Positions 19,463-25,993 of a stretch of 64,000 nucleotides of DNA are shown here, piece by piece. Positions within the stretch are counted from its first letter, which is position 1. Each line of letters opens with the position of its first letter. This stretch comes from a virus. Lineage: Duplodnaviria > Caudoviricetes. The position numbers and the translations under genes are program-made. The stretch lies in the IMG/VR virus record IMGVR_UViG_3300042914_002678; one strand, written 5' to 3'. Under the pieces are notes generated by a model, which did no database searches, was not told the DNA's origin, and saw only the letters and a list, made by a program, of their open reading frames with translations.

Positions 19463-19889
19463 CTATGAAAACCCTTGGACCTACAATGGAAAAGTATTTG
19501 GTTCAAGTGATATTCAAGATTATTTTGGCTTTGTATATCATATTCATTGCAATCAAACTAATCGTGACTATATTGGTAGAAAGTATTTCTGGAGTTTCCG
19601 CACACCAAGAGGAAAATCTAGAAAAGTTAAATCGGAGTCTGATTGGAAAGCATATTACGGATCCTGTCCAGAACTCAAAGAGGATGTAGACAAATATGGT
19701 AGGGAGAATTTTACGCGCATTATTTTATCATTACATAAAACAAAGGGCAAAACAAACTTTGAAGAGACCCGACAACTCTTCTTCCATAACGTCCTCACCG
19801 AATCCCTTGACAGCGGCACCCCAAGGTACTATAATAGCAACATCCTCAATAGATACTTCCGAAAAGACTATTATGGCAACAAAGACTGA
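19443..19889 (+). CDS. GIY-YIG family endonuclease
   Basis: GFVYHI...RDYIGRK, SDWKAYYGS, the conserved E (NFEETRQ) and YNSNI. Confidence 0.8.
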   Translation: MMSTDIDYENPWTYNGKVFGSSDIQDYFGFVYHIHCNQTNRDYIGRKYFWSFRTPRGKSRKVKSESDWKAYYGSCPELKEDVDKYGRENFTRIILSLHKTKGKTNFEETRQLFFHNVLTESLDSGTPRYYNSNILNRYFRKDYYGNKD

Positions 19890-20046
19890 AGATATTGTTG
19901 CACATGTAAGAGAATGGTCTCTTGACCGTGCTGCAGATAAAAGTATCTCTAAGATGGATGCTCGTGCTATTCTTGCTGAGTTCTATGAGTGGATTGAACC
20001 AGAAGATGATGAATTGGAAATTGTCTCTTTAGAACCTGAAGATTGA
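19873..20046 (+). CDS. Small acidic hypothetical protein
   Basis: MATKTEDIVAHVREWSLD... from ATG 19873. Confidence 0.65.
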   Translation: MATKTEDIVAHVREWSLDRAADKSISKMDARAILAEFYEWIEPEDDELEIVSLEPED

Positions 20047-20071
20047 CAAAATCTAAATAAAAACTTATAAT
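20043..20071 (+). promoter_or_regulatory. Consensus sigma70-type promoter
   Basis: TTGACA, 17 nt, TATAAT. Confidence 0.85.
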
Positions 20072-20130
20072 GCTTACAACCCACCCCTCAAAGGTGGGTT
20101 TCACATTATGAGATATTGAGTGTGAAATTA

Positions 20131-20193
20131 GAGCCTAGGAGATTGCCCCTTGAGAAAGGGGAAGTGCGCTTTCTCTATTAGGATGTAGAGTTC
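20131..20193 (+). ncRNA. Candidate structured 5' leader of the lysozyme gene
   Basis: cccctt-GAGA-aagggg GNRA hairpin inside a gagc-ctag / ttagg...gttc closing helix, ending 12 nt before the ATG. Confidence 0.45.
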
Positions 20194-20204
20194 AATCGGA
20201 GTTA

Positions 20205-20846
20205 ATGCAAAATTTCTTTACAGTAGCCCTGCCTCTTGTGGCAACGGTTACAACCAATACGGCAACACTGCCTGGCGTGTTTCCTCCTCCCCCTGTAAGT
20301 GGTCCTCCACCATTCGCTATTATTCAAGAGGAGCCTACATCAAAGACAGCGACCAAAGAGGTTGCTCCCGAAAAACCTAAAGAGACAAGGTTAATTTGTA
20401 AAGGGTGTAATGAAAATGAGAATGCTACCCTGGCATTTTTCCAGGAACGTGGTATTAAAGACAGAAACGCCCTTGCTACCATCATGGGCAATATTCGTCA
20501 GGAATCAACTTTTGTTCCTAACATTTGTGAAGGTGGTAGCAGAACCAGTTGGGGTAACTGCGGACGTGGTTACGGACTGATTCAATGGACATCTGCCAAC
20601 AGATATTATGGATTGGGTGATTTTGCTAAGAAGTATGGTGGTTCTCCATCATCACTTCATACGCAACTTCGTTATCTAACGACTGAGGTTCAATGGCAAC
20701 GAATTGAGGACAGGATGAAGACTCCTGGTAAGTCTATCAATCGTTACATGGACTATGCGTATAGTTGGATTGGTTGGGGGCATCATGGTGCTCGCACTTC
20801 GTATGCTCATGATTATGCTTCCAAACTGATCACGGTAGAAGTTTGA
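20205..20846 (+). CDS. Phage tail-type lysozyme / cell wall hydrolase with a signal-like N-terminus
   Basis: ALATIMGNIRQES, GYGLIQWT, LHTQLRYL resemble the phage tail lysozyme family. Confidence 0.8.
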   Translation: MQNFFTVALPLVATVTTNTATLPGVFPPPPVSGPPPFAIIQEEPTSKTATKEVAPEKPKETRLICKGCNENENATLAFFQERGIKDRNALATIMGNIRQESTFVPNICEGGSRTSWGNCGRGYGLIQWTSANRYYGLGDFAKKYGGSPSSLHTQLRYLTTEVQWQRIEDRMKTPGKSINRYMDYAYSWIGWGHHGARTSYAHDYASKLITVEV

Positions 20847-20908
20847 TAAAATAGAATATAACAACTGAATAATAAATAGAGGAGAGCGGTTGCTACTCCT
20901 CTTTTTTT

Positions 20909-21316
20909 ATGTTTAATTTTAACTTCGGAAAGAAGAAACCAGATAAGAAGCAGATAATCCTTATAAGCCTCATACTCAGTGGTATCGTAGCAACCCTCTC
21001 CCAATGCACAGGAGCGCCCCAGGAGGCGCTCTGGGACCTTCTAGACGAGGTACAGAGGTCTCTGTTCCCAGGCACCATAATCAACGATGTCCTGCTCCAA
21101 GACCCTGGTGTGGTGGATAGAAGAGTTGAGAGAGATGTGGATAAAGCAATCAGAGAGTATGAACGCTTGACAAAGGACTCAGAACCACCTAGAGTACCTT
21201 TGCCCAGGTTGATTGAGAAAGATCCAGATGGCTCAGAGGCTCAAAGATTACTTGGTGGTGAAATGAGACTATGTGCTCCATGGGTTGACGATTGCCCTAA
21301 AGAACCTGTAAAATAG
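20909..21316 (+). CDS. Hypothetical membrane/lipoprotein
   Basis: Basic N-terminus, then hydrophobic IILISLILSGIVATLSQC. Confidence 0.7.
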   Translation: MFNFNFGKKKPDKKQIILISLILSGIVATLSQCTGAPQEALWDLLDEVQRSLFPGTIINDVLLQDPGVVDRRVERDVDKAIREYERLTKDSEPPRVPLPRLIEKDPDGSEAQRLLGGEMRLCAPWVDDCPKEPVK

Positions 21317-21324
21317 AATATATC

Positions 21325-21406
21325 GGGTAGGTGTCCGAGTGGTTAATGGAGGCGGACTGTAAATCCGCTGGCTCTGCCTACGGGGGTTCAAATCCCTCCC
21401 TGCCCA
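21325..21406 (+). tRNA. tRNA-Tyr(GUA)
   Basis: gcgga-ct-GTA-aa-tccgc, long variable arm, GGTTCAAATCC. Confidence 0.96.
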
Positions 21407-21578
21407 CTTGCCGTGGTTCAAGACTTGAGATAGGATGCAGTGGGGCGCCTATCAAAAAGGATTGATTTAGATTCACAACCACACGGCATTTAGGGAATTA
21501 TCTTGTAAAATAGCTCCGATGTTTTCCTCTTTGAGGTTTAGATTTTTTCCTTGACCGCTGCGGGTAAACGGTCAACCT

Positions 21579-21652
21579 GGGAGATTAGCTCAGTTGGTTA
21601 GAGCGCACGACTGATAATCGTGAGGTGCCAAGTTCGAGTCTTGGATTTCCCA
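21579..21652 (+). tRNA. tRNA-Ile(GAU)
   Basis: cacga-ct-GAT-aa-tcgtg, acceptor GGGAGAT/ATTTCCC. Confidence 0.95.
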
Positions 21653-21653
21653 C

Positions 21654-21686
21654 TTGACAATCAAATCCTCAACTGATATGATTGTC
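21654..21686 (+). promoter_or_regulatory. Sigma70-type promoter with an 8-bp inverted repeat
   Basis: TTGACA, 17 nt, TATGAT. GACAATCA-N15-TGATTGTC overlaps both boxes. Confidence 0.75.
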
Positions 21687-21768
21687 TCATGGGTGTTGAG
21701 GGTCCAAACCTCAAGTAAATCCTACCCCTCCCATGCCTCTCACAGAAGCACAAACAGGGAGGTCTCTT

Positions 21769-21842
21769 GACTCAGTAGCTCAGTTGGATAGAGCATCTGC
21801 CTTCTAAGCAGTTGGTCGGGGGTTCAAGTCCCTCCTGAGTCG
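21769..21842 (+). tRNA. tRNA-Arg(UCU)
   Basis: Anticodon loop ct-TCT-aa, acceptor GACTCAG/CTGAGTC. Confidence 0.95.
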
Positions 21843-21926
21843 TTGGAGTTCATCTCCATATATAAAAGTGATAGAGGGTAAGCCTCTGTTATATCCTTAT
21901 GAGGTATATTACGCTTACTCCATCAT

Positions 21927-22009
21927 GCTTCAGTGGTGGAACGGTAGACACAGCGGACTTAGAATCCGCCGCCTTAAAAAGCGTGGAAGTTCAAATCTTC
22001 TCTGGAGCA
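21927..22009 (+). tRNA. tRNA-Leu(UAG)
   Basis: gcgga-ct-TAG-aa-tccgc, long variable arm, acceptor GCTTCAG/CTGGAGC. Confidence 0.94.
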
Positions 22010-22010
22010 C

Positions 22011-22043
22011 TTGACAATCAAACTCAAAAGGTTTATGATTGTC
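22011..22043 (+). promoter_or_regulatory. Sigma70-type promoter with the same 8-bp inverted repeat
   Basis: TTGACA, 17 nt, TATGAT. GACAATCA-N15-TGATTGTC. Confidence 0.75.
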
Positions 22044-22049
22044 TCACAA

Positions 22050-22121
22050 GCGGAGTTAGTTCAGCGGTAGAACGCTATCCTTCCAAGTTAGATGTCGTCG
22101 GTTCGATTCCGATACTCCGCT
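22050..22121 (+). tRNA. tRNA-Gly(UCC)
   Basis: Anticodon loop ct-TCC-aa, acceptor GCGGAGT/ACTCCGC. Confidence 0.93.
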
Positions 22122-22143
22122 CTGAACCTTCGGGTTCTTAAAA

Positions 22144-22237
22144 TGTGGTTCTGGGTGGAATTCCCAGCAGTTCCGTTAGGGACTGTCCTTTGTAGGTTCG
22201 ATACCTACATCTTCCTTATGGGAGATAAGAACGGCTA
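22144..22237 (+). ncRNA. tRNA-like four-arm structured RNA (non-canonical)
   Basis: Hairpins ctggg/cccag, cagttcc/gggactg, T-arm gtagg-TTCGATA-cctac and an extra atcttcc/gggagat, closed by gttct/agaac. Confidence 0.55.
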
Positions 22238-22250
22238 TTGGAAACCACCT

Positions 22251-22322
22251 CCTCTGGTAGTCTATTGGTAAGGACGGGTGGACAACACACATGGAAACTA
22301 GGTTCGATTCCTAGACAGAGGT
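22251..22322 (+). ncRNA. tRNA-like element with a non-canonical anticodon arm (undetermined/pseudo tRNA)
   Basis: Acceptor cctctg/cagagg, D-arm gtct-attggtaa-ggac and T-arm ctagg-TTCGATT-cctag are intact. The anticodon loop lacks U33. Confidence 0.6.
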
Positions 22323-22326
22323 ACAT

Positions 22327-22399
22327 TCCCTTATAGCTCAATTGGCAGAGCACGAAGCTGTTAACTTTGGGGTTCCTGGTTCGAGTCCAGGTGGGGGAG
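22327..22399 (+). tRNA. tRNA-Asn(GUU)
   Basis: cgaag-ct-GTT-aa-ctttg, T-arm cctgg-TTCGAGT-ccagg. Confidence 0.94.
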
Positions 22400-22489
22400 T
22401 TGGAAGTGATCCTGCGATAACCTCAAGAGCACTCCTTCCAACTAAAACCTAGAATATTTCTAGGTCAGGGGGATGGCCTCCCCTGTTTC

Positions 22490-22561
22490 GGGCGATTAAC
22501 TCAGCGGTAGAGTGCCTCCTTTACACGGAGTAGGTCGGCGGTTCGAATCCGTCATCGCCCA
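22490..22561 (+). tRNA. tRNA-Val(UAC)
   Basis: Anticodon loop tt-TAC-ac, acceptor GGGCGAT/ATCGCCC. Confidence 0.94.
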
Positions 22562-22577
22562 TTAGTGGTATAGTAAT

Positions 22578-23534
22578 ATGGAAATCAACGTATACGATAA
22601 CAAAGGCAATGTATCAAATATCATAGAAGTAAATGATACATTAGAGTATGTAGATGGTAGAGTTAGTAAAGGTGACAAATATTATTACAAAGGATTAGGT
22701 CTTCCTTATCAGTGCCATCATATTCAACCAGAAGATATGTCTGATGAATATGAATTCATCGATGTTTGTGATGTTTTCTATATTGGTAATATAGTCTCTA
22801 AAAAGTCTTTCGCTGGAAAGTATGGTATCTTTCAAGAGAAATACCAAACCCACTTTACTGATTGGATTGGTGCTTGTGGTGTAAAAGAACTCAATATCTT
22901 TGAGAACTTATATGATGAAGGTGGATTTGAGTTAAGTGCTATTGATGTATTTGAATATCAAACCATTGATGAGGAGAACCAGCAATACTATCTTAAGGTT
23001 GATTATCCAGAAGGTAGAGATAACTATTTGACGAATCCAAATCCTAAAGAACTTAGAACATTGCTTGATTATATGATTCAGGAAGATTGGAATTTTCCTT
23101 GGGATAAAAACTCAATCTCAGATATTAACTCAAAATCAAAAGTAACAGATATTGCTGATATCTTTAAGTCATCAGATCTTTCTCATAAGATTGGAAGTGT
23201 ATATTCTGTTCTTCAAAGTTTATATAAAGCAGACATAAACCAATACGCTGAGTTTTGTAATTTAAATTCTTTATCTCATTCTTCAAACAGAATTAGTTTT
23301 ATTATCAATATCCTTGCTCTTTTGCAGTATAATGATATTGATATTAGATTCTTATATGACAAGACACCAATTGAAACTTATAAAAAAATAATTTTTGATT
23401 ATCTAATTATTGGAAAGAACTGTGGTTTTTGTGGAGTTGGTAGTTGTAAAAGACGGGAAGACTCAAACAAATCATACGGAGAAGAAATTAGAGAAGAATA
23501 TATTAGGAGAGCAAAACAAGAACTAAATATCTAA
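22578..23534 (+). CDS. Hypothetical protein (acidic, C-terminal Cys cluster)
   Basis: 318-aa ORF with no recognised motif except CGFCGVGSC. Confidence 0.75.
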   Translation: MEINVYDNKGNVSNIIEVNDTLEYVDGRVSKGDKYYYKGLGLPYQCHHIQPEDMSDEYEFIDVCDVFYIGNIVSKKSFAGKYGIFQEKYQTHFTDWIGACGVKELNIFENLYDEGGFELSAIDVFEYQTIDEENQQYYLKVDYPEGRDNYLTNPNPKELRTLLDYMIQEDWNFPWDKNSISDINSKSKVTDIADIFKSSDLSHKIGSVYSVLQSLYKADINQYAEFCNLNSLSHSSNRISFIINILALLQYNDIDIRFLYDKTPIETYKKIIFDYLIIGKNCGFCGVGSCKRREDSNKSYGEEIREEYIRRAKQELNI

Positions 23535-23553
23535 ATACTTAAAAAAGAGTAAG

Positions 23554-23988
23554 ATGCAGACCTTATATAAGTTACTTTCTGATACTCAGGCAAGTCTTTT
23601 TGTTCTGTTTCAAAAGACTTGGGTATATCACTGGAATGTTGTAGGAGATGATTTCAAACAGTTTCATGATCTCTTTGGAGAGCAATATGAAGCAATGTTT
23701 GGTGAGATTGACAGAATCACTGAACATATGAGATACTTGAATGTAAAACCAGTTCCTACTCTTTCTAGAATTACTGAAGTATCCCATATCTCAGAAACAA
23801 ATAGTGGACTAGATACTATGGGTATGGTTCGTGACTTGTTAGAAGGACACCAAAAGATTGTTGACCTTCTAACTCAAGTATCAGAAGAAGCAGAAACTCA
23901 AAAGTCAAAAGGAACTATTAACCTTGTTGATGATTTAAATGAAGCACACGGCAAATTTATCTGGATGTTAAGGTCATTTACGCAATGA
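23554..23988 (+). CDS. dps: Dps / ferritin-like DNA protection protein
   Basis: HWNVVGDDFKQFHDLFGEQY...EIDRITEHMR and HGKFIWMLRS ferroxidase pattern. Confidence 0.92.
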   Translation: MQTLYKLLSDTQASLFVLFQKTWVYHWNVVGDDFKQFHDLFGEQYEAMFGEIDRITEHMRYLNVKPVPTLSRITEVSHISETNSGLDTMGMVRDLLEGHQKIVDLLTQVSEEAETQKSKGTINLVDDLNEAHGKFIWMLRSFTQ

Positions 23989-24003
23989 CAGGATTTATGA
24001 ATT

Positions 24004-24249
24004 ATGATTATCGTAAGATGCAAAGATTGCAATAGAGAAATAACTAGCACTAATAAAACACAAACTTGTGGTTGTTCAAATATGATGACTGTAAAGGGAG
24101 ATGGTGTATCTGCTGTTGACTTAAGTAGAGTGGTTATGGTAAACTCTACACAGAAAGAACAAAAAAATGTTCTTTCATCATCAGACCTTGCCTATCAAGA
24201 GGCAAGAAGACAGCGAAAAGTCCGTAAATTGGATTTTGAAATTCGCTAA
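24004..24249 (+). CDS. Small Zn-ribbon-like hypothetical protein
   Basis: CKDC...CGCSN, 81 aa. Confidence 0.75.
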   Translation: MIIVRCKDCNREITSTNKTQTCGCSNMMTVKGDGVSAVDLSRVVMVNSTQKEQKNVLSSSDLAYQEARRQRKVRKLDFEIR

Positions 24250-24255
24250 ATCTTT

Positions 24256-24340
24256 GGAAAGGTGGTCGAGTGGTTGAAGGCTCCAGTCTTGAAAACTGGC
24301 GAAGTGAAAGCTTCCGTGGGTTCGAATCCCACCCTTTCCG
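24256..24340 (+). tRNA. tRNA-Ser(UGA)
   Basis: ccagt-ct-TGA-aa-actgg, long variable arm, GGTTCGAATCC. Confidence 0.96.
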
Positions 24341-24465
24341 TTACATAGAATACTGATTTAATATTTTCTTCAGTTTTCTGTATAGTAGTGTTACAAAACA
24401 CTGACATTTGATTGACGTTTAAAATTGCGTGATTAGTATATAGTAGTACTACTACTAAAATCCCA

Positions 24466-24615
24466 ATGGATCAACATACTTATGAGAATTGGGTGAAAAT
24501 CAAAGCAACTTTTGAAGAGTCTGGGAACACTAATAACATGTTTTATTATAGAGCGTGTGAAATTGTAAAAACAAAAAAAGACCCTTTAGCAAAATTTCTT
24601 GGAGATGAGAAATGA
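24466..24615 (+). CDS. Small hypothetical protein (49 aa)
   Basis: Manual: MDQHTYENWVKIKATFEESGNTNNMFYYRACEIVKTKKDPLAKFLGDEK*. Confidence 0.7.
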   Translation: MDQHTYENWVKIKATFEESGNTNNMFYYRACEIVKTKKDPLAKFLGDEK

Positions 24616-24815
24616 TGCATGAACAAGAAGAATTTATTACACGTTCTGAAGTTCAGGAGATGATTGATGCCGCAATACGAAGACACAACCGTAATGCTTC
24701 TATCATTAGTATGTGCGTCGGTTGGGTGGTTCTTGCTTTATTTGCTGAGGGACTTTTGAGATTAGTTGGAGTTATTCCACCATTACTGCCATGGCTCAAA
24801 ATCACATTGAATTAA
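24612..24815 (+). CDS. Small membrane protein
   Basis: 67 aa with a hydrophobic C-terminal half. Confidence 0.75.
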   Translation: MMHEQEEFITRSEVQEMIDAAIRRHNRNASIISMCVGWVVLALFAEGLLRLVGVIPPLLPWLKITLN

Positions 24816-24970
24816 TTGGAATAGTTTTCCTTTTGGTGTTTGCTGCCACCATGTTCTATCAAGGAACATGCATTTTGAGAAATCATCGTGGTTATTCTTT
24901 ACGTGATTACATGAAACAAGACAGCGCAAATATGCGTAAAAGAATAGAAGACTTACTCAAGGACAAATGA
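24791..24970 (+). CDS. Small membrane protein (59 aa)
   Basis: Manual: MAQNHIELIGIVFLLVFAATMFYQG...RIEDLLKDK*. Confidence 0.6.
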   Translation: MAQNHIELIGIVFLLVFAATMFYQGTCILRNHRGYSLRDYMKQDSANMRKRIEDLLKDK

Positions 24971-25083
24971 TTTCTTTAACGGAAAAAGATTTACGAGAAC
25001 TACAACAAAGAGTTCTTCAGCAAAAAATGAATGAACTCTTTGAAGAACCATCAACTTACGAAGACGAGGATGAAGATGATTAA
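24967..25083 (+). CDS. Small acidic peptide (38 aa)
   Basis: Manual: MISLTEKDLRELQQRVLQQKMNELFEEPSTYEDEDEDD*. ATGA coupling. Confidence 0.6.
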   Translation: MISLTEKDLRELQQRVLQQKMNELFEEPSTYEDEDEDD

Positions 25084-25168
25084 AACACTTTTTCTATTAT
25101 CAATCATATATTTTTCTACGATTGGTCTGTGGATTTATTGGGGATTAACCCATGCATACCAACCATAA
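25076..25168 (+). CDS. Small single-TM peptide (30 aa)
   Basis: Manual: MIKTLFLLSIIYFSTIGLWIYWGLTHAYQP*. Confidence 0.5.
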   Translation: MIKTLFLLSIIYFSTIGLWIYWGLTHAYQP

Positions 25169-25352
25169 ACAAAGATATAACTTTGCTATGTCTGCTTTTG
25201 TGAGAATGTATGGATACTCTGTGATACATAATCATGATATCAAGCAGTTCTGCACTGAATGGTCTAACTGGCAAGTAAATGCTCCATTATCAGGGCTTGA
25301 CGAAGCGGACCAATACTTGTATTATGAGTACAAGAACTGGAGAGGAAGATGA
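25152..25352 (+). CDS. Hypothetical protein
   Basis: 66-aa ORF in the coupled small-gene run. Confidence 0.65.
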   Translation: MHTNHKQRYNFAMSAFVRMYGYSVIHNHDIKQFCTEWSNWQVNAPLSGLDEADQYLYYEYKNWRGR

Positions 25353-25474
25353 TTTTTCATCTAGTTGAAACACTTGCAGCAAGTCCAATTTGGTTGGGTC
25401 TTTGTGGAGCAGGCTTGACAGTAGTTCCAATCCTTGGTATTATATACATACATTCAAAGAACAACGGGGCGTAG
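25349..25474 (+). CDS. Small single-TM peptide (41 aa)
   Basis: Manual: MIFHLVETLAASPIWLGLCGAGLTVVPILGIIYIHSKNNGA*. The stop lies inside the tRNA-Pro 5' end. Confidence 0.55.
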   Translation: MIFHLVETLAASPIWLGLCGAGLTVVPILGIIYIHSKNNGA

Positions 25475-25536
25475 TTCAGCGGTAGAATGCTGGTTTTGGG
25501 AACCAGAGGTCACAGGTTCGATCCCTGTCGCCCCGA
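25465..25536 (+). tRNA. tRNA-Pro(UGG)
   Basis: ctggt-tt-TGG-ga-accag, acceptor CGGGGCG/CGCCCCG. Confidence 0.95.
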
Positions 25537-25553
25537 CTCATAAAAATCACTTT

Positions 25554-25784
25554 ATGAAAATGTATCAAGAACTAAACGAACTTCAATCATTTACAGTTGA
25601 AGAGTTTCAAAAAGATTTTGACAAACTTATAGAAAGAGTTGAGAACGGTGAATCATTTATTATACGAGATGGAAATAAAAACGCTGTGATAGTTCCTTAC
25701 AATGAAACCATAAAGTACGCAATAGAATCTAACGTGGATGATGAATTGATACGTCTCCACACCGACCACGAAGAAGGTTCGTGA
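25554..25784 (+). CDS. Phd/YefM-like antitoxin-fold protein (no adjacent toxin)
   Basis: FTVEEFQKDFDKLIERVENGESFIIRDGNKNAVIVP parallels the Phd/YefM N-terminal beta-alpha-alpha-beta-beta pattern. Confidence 0.65.
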   Translation: MKMYQELNELQSFTVEEFQKDFDKLIERVENGESFIIRDGNKNAVIVPYNETIKYAIESNVDDELIRLHTDHEEGS

Positions 25785-25791
25785 TTTTCTT

Positions 25792-25863
25792 GGGAGTATA
25801 GCTTAATGGTTAGAGCGCCCTGCTTATAACGGGGTAGTCTGGGTTCAACTCCCAGTACTCCTA
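25792..25863 (+). tRNA. tRNA-Ile(UAU)
   Basis: ccctg-ct-TAT-aa-cgggg, acceptor GGGAGTA/TACTCCT. Confidence 0.9.
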
Positions 25864-25867
25864 CCTT

Positions 25868-25940
25868 GCTCCTTTAGCAATCTGGTGAATGCAGCGAACT
25901 CATAATTCGCCTGAGGCGTGTTCGATCCACGCAAGGAGCA
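25868..25940 (+). tRNA. tRNA with CAU anticodon (elongator Met or Ile2)
   Basis: gcgaa-ct-CAT-aa-ttcgc. The paired G1-C72 argues against an initiator. Confidence 0.9.
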
Positions 25941-25941
25941 C

Positions 25942-25971
25942 TTGACAGAATCCCTGTCAAACCCTTATAAT
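25942..25971 (+). promoter_or_regulatory. Sigma70-type promoter with an internal inverted repeat
   Basis: TTGACA, 18 nt, TATAAT. Inverted repeat ttgacag-aatcc-ctgtcaa. Confidence 0.75.
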
Positions 25972-25993
25972 ACTAAGGTCAACATTCAAAACA

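Noticed and set aside
21490-21550. Possible degenerate tRNA after the 80-nt element (agggaa...ttttcct with a cctc/gagg hairpin)
   Set aside because: No T-loop or D-loop consensus and weak AT-rich pairing, so it cannot be supported as an RNA gene.
25434-25553. N-terminal extension of the 116-aa ORF
   Set aside because: It runs through tRNA-Pro. The real start is most likely ATG 25554 or 25560.
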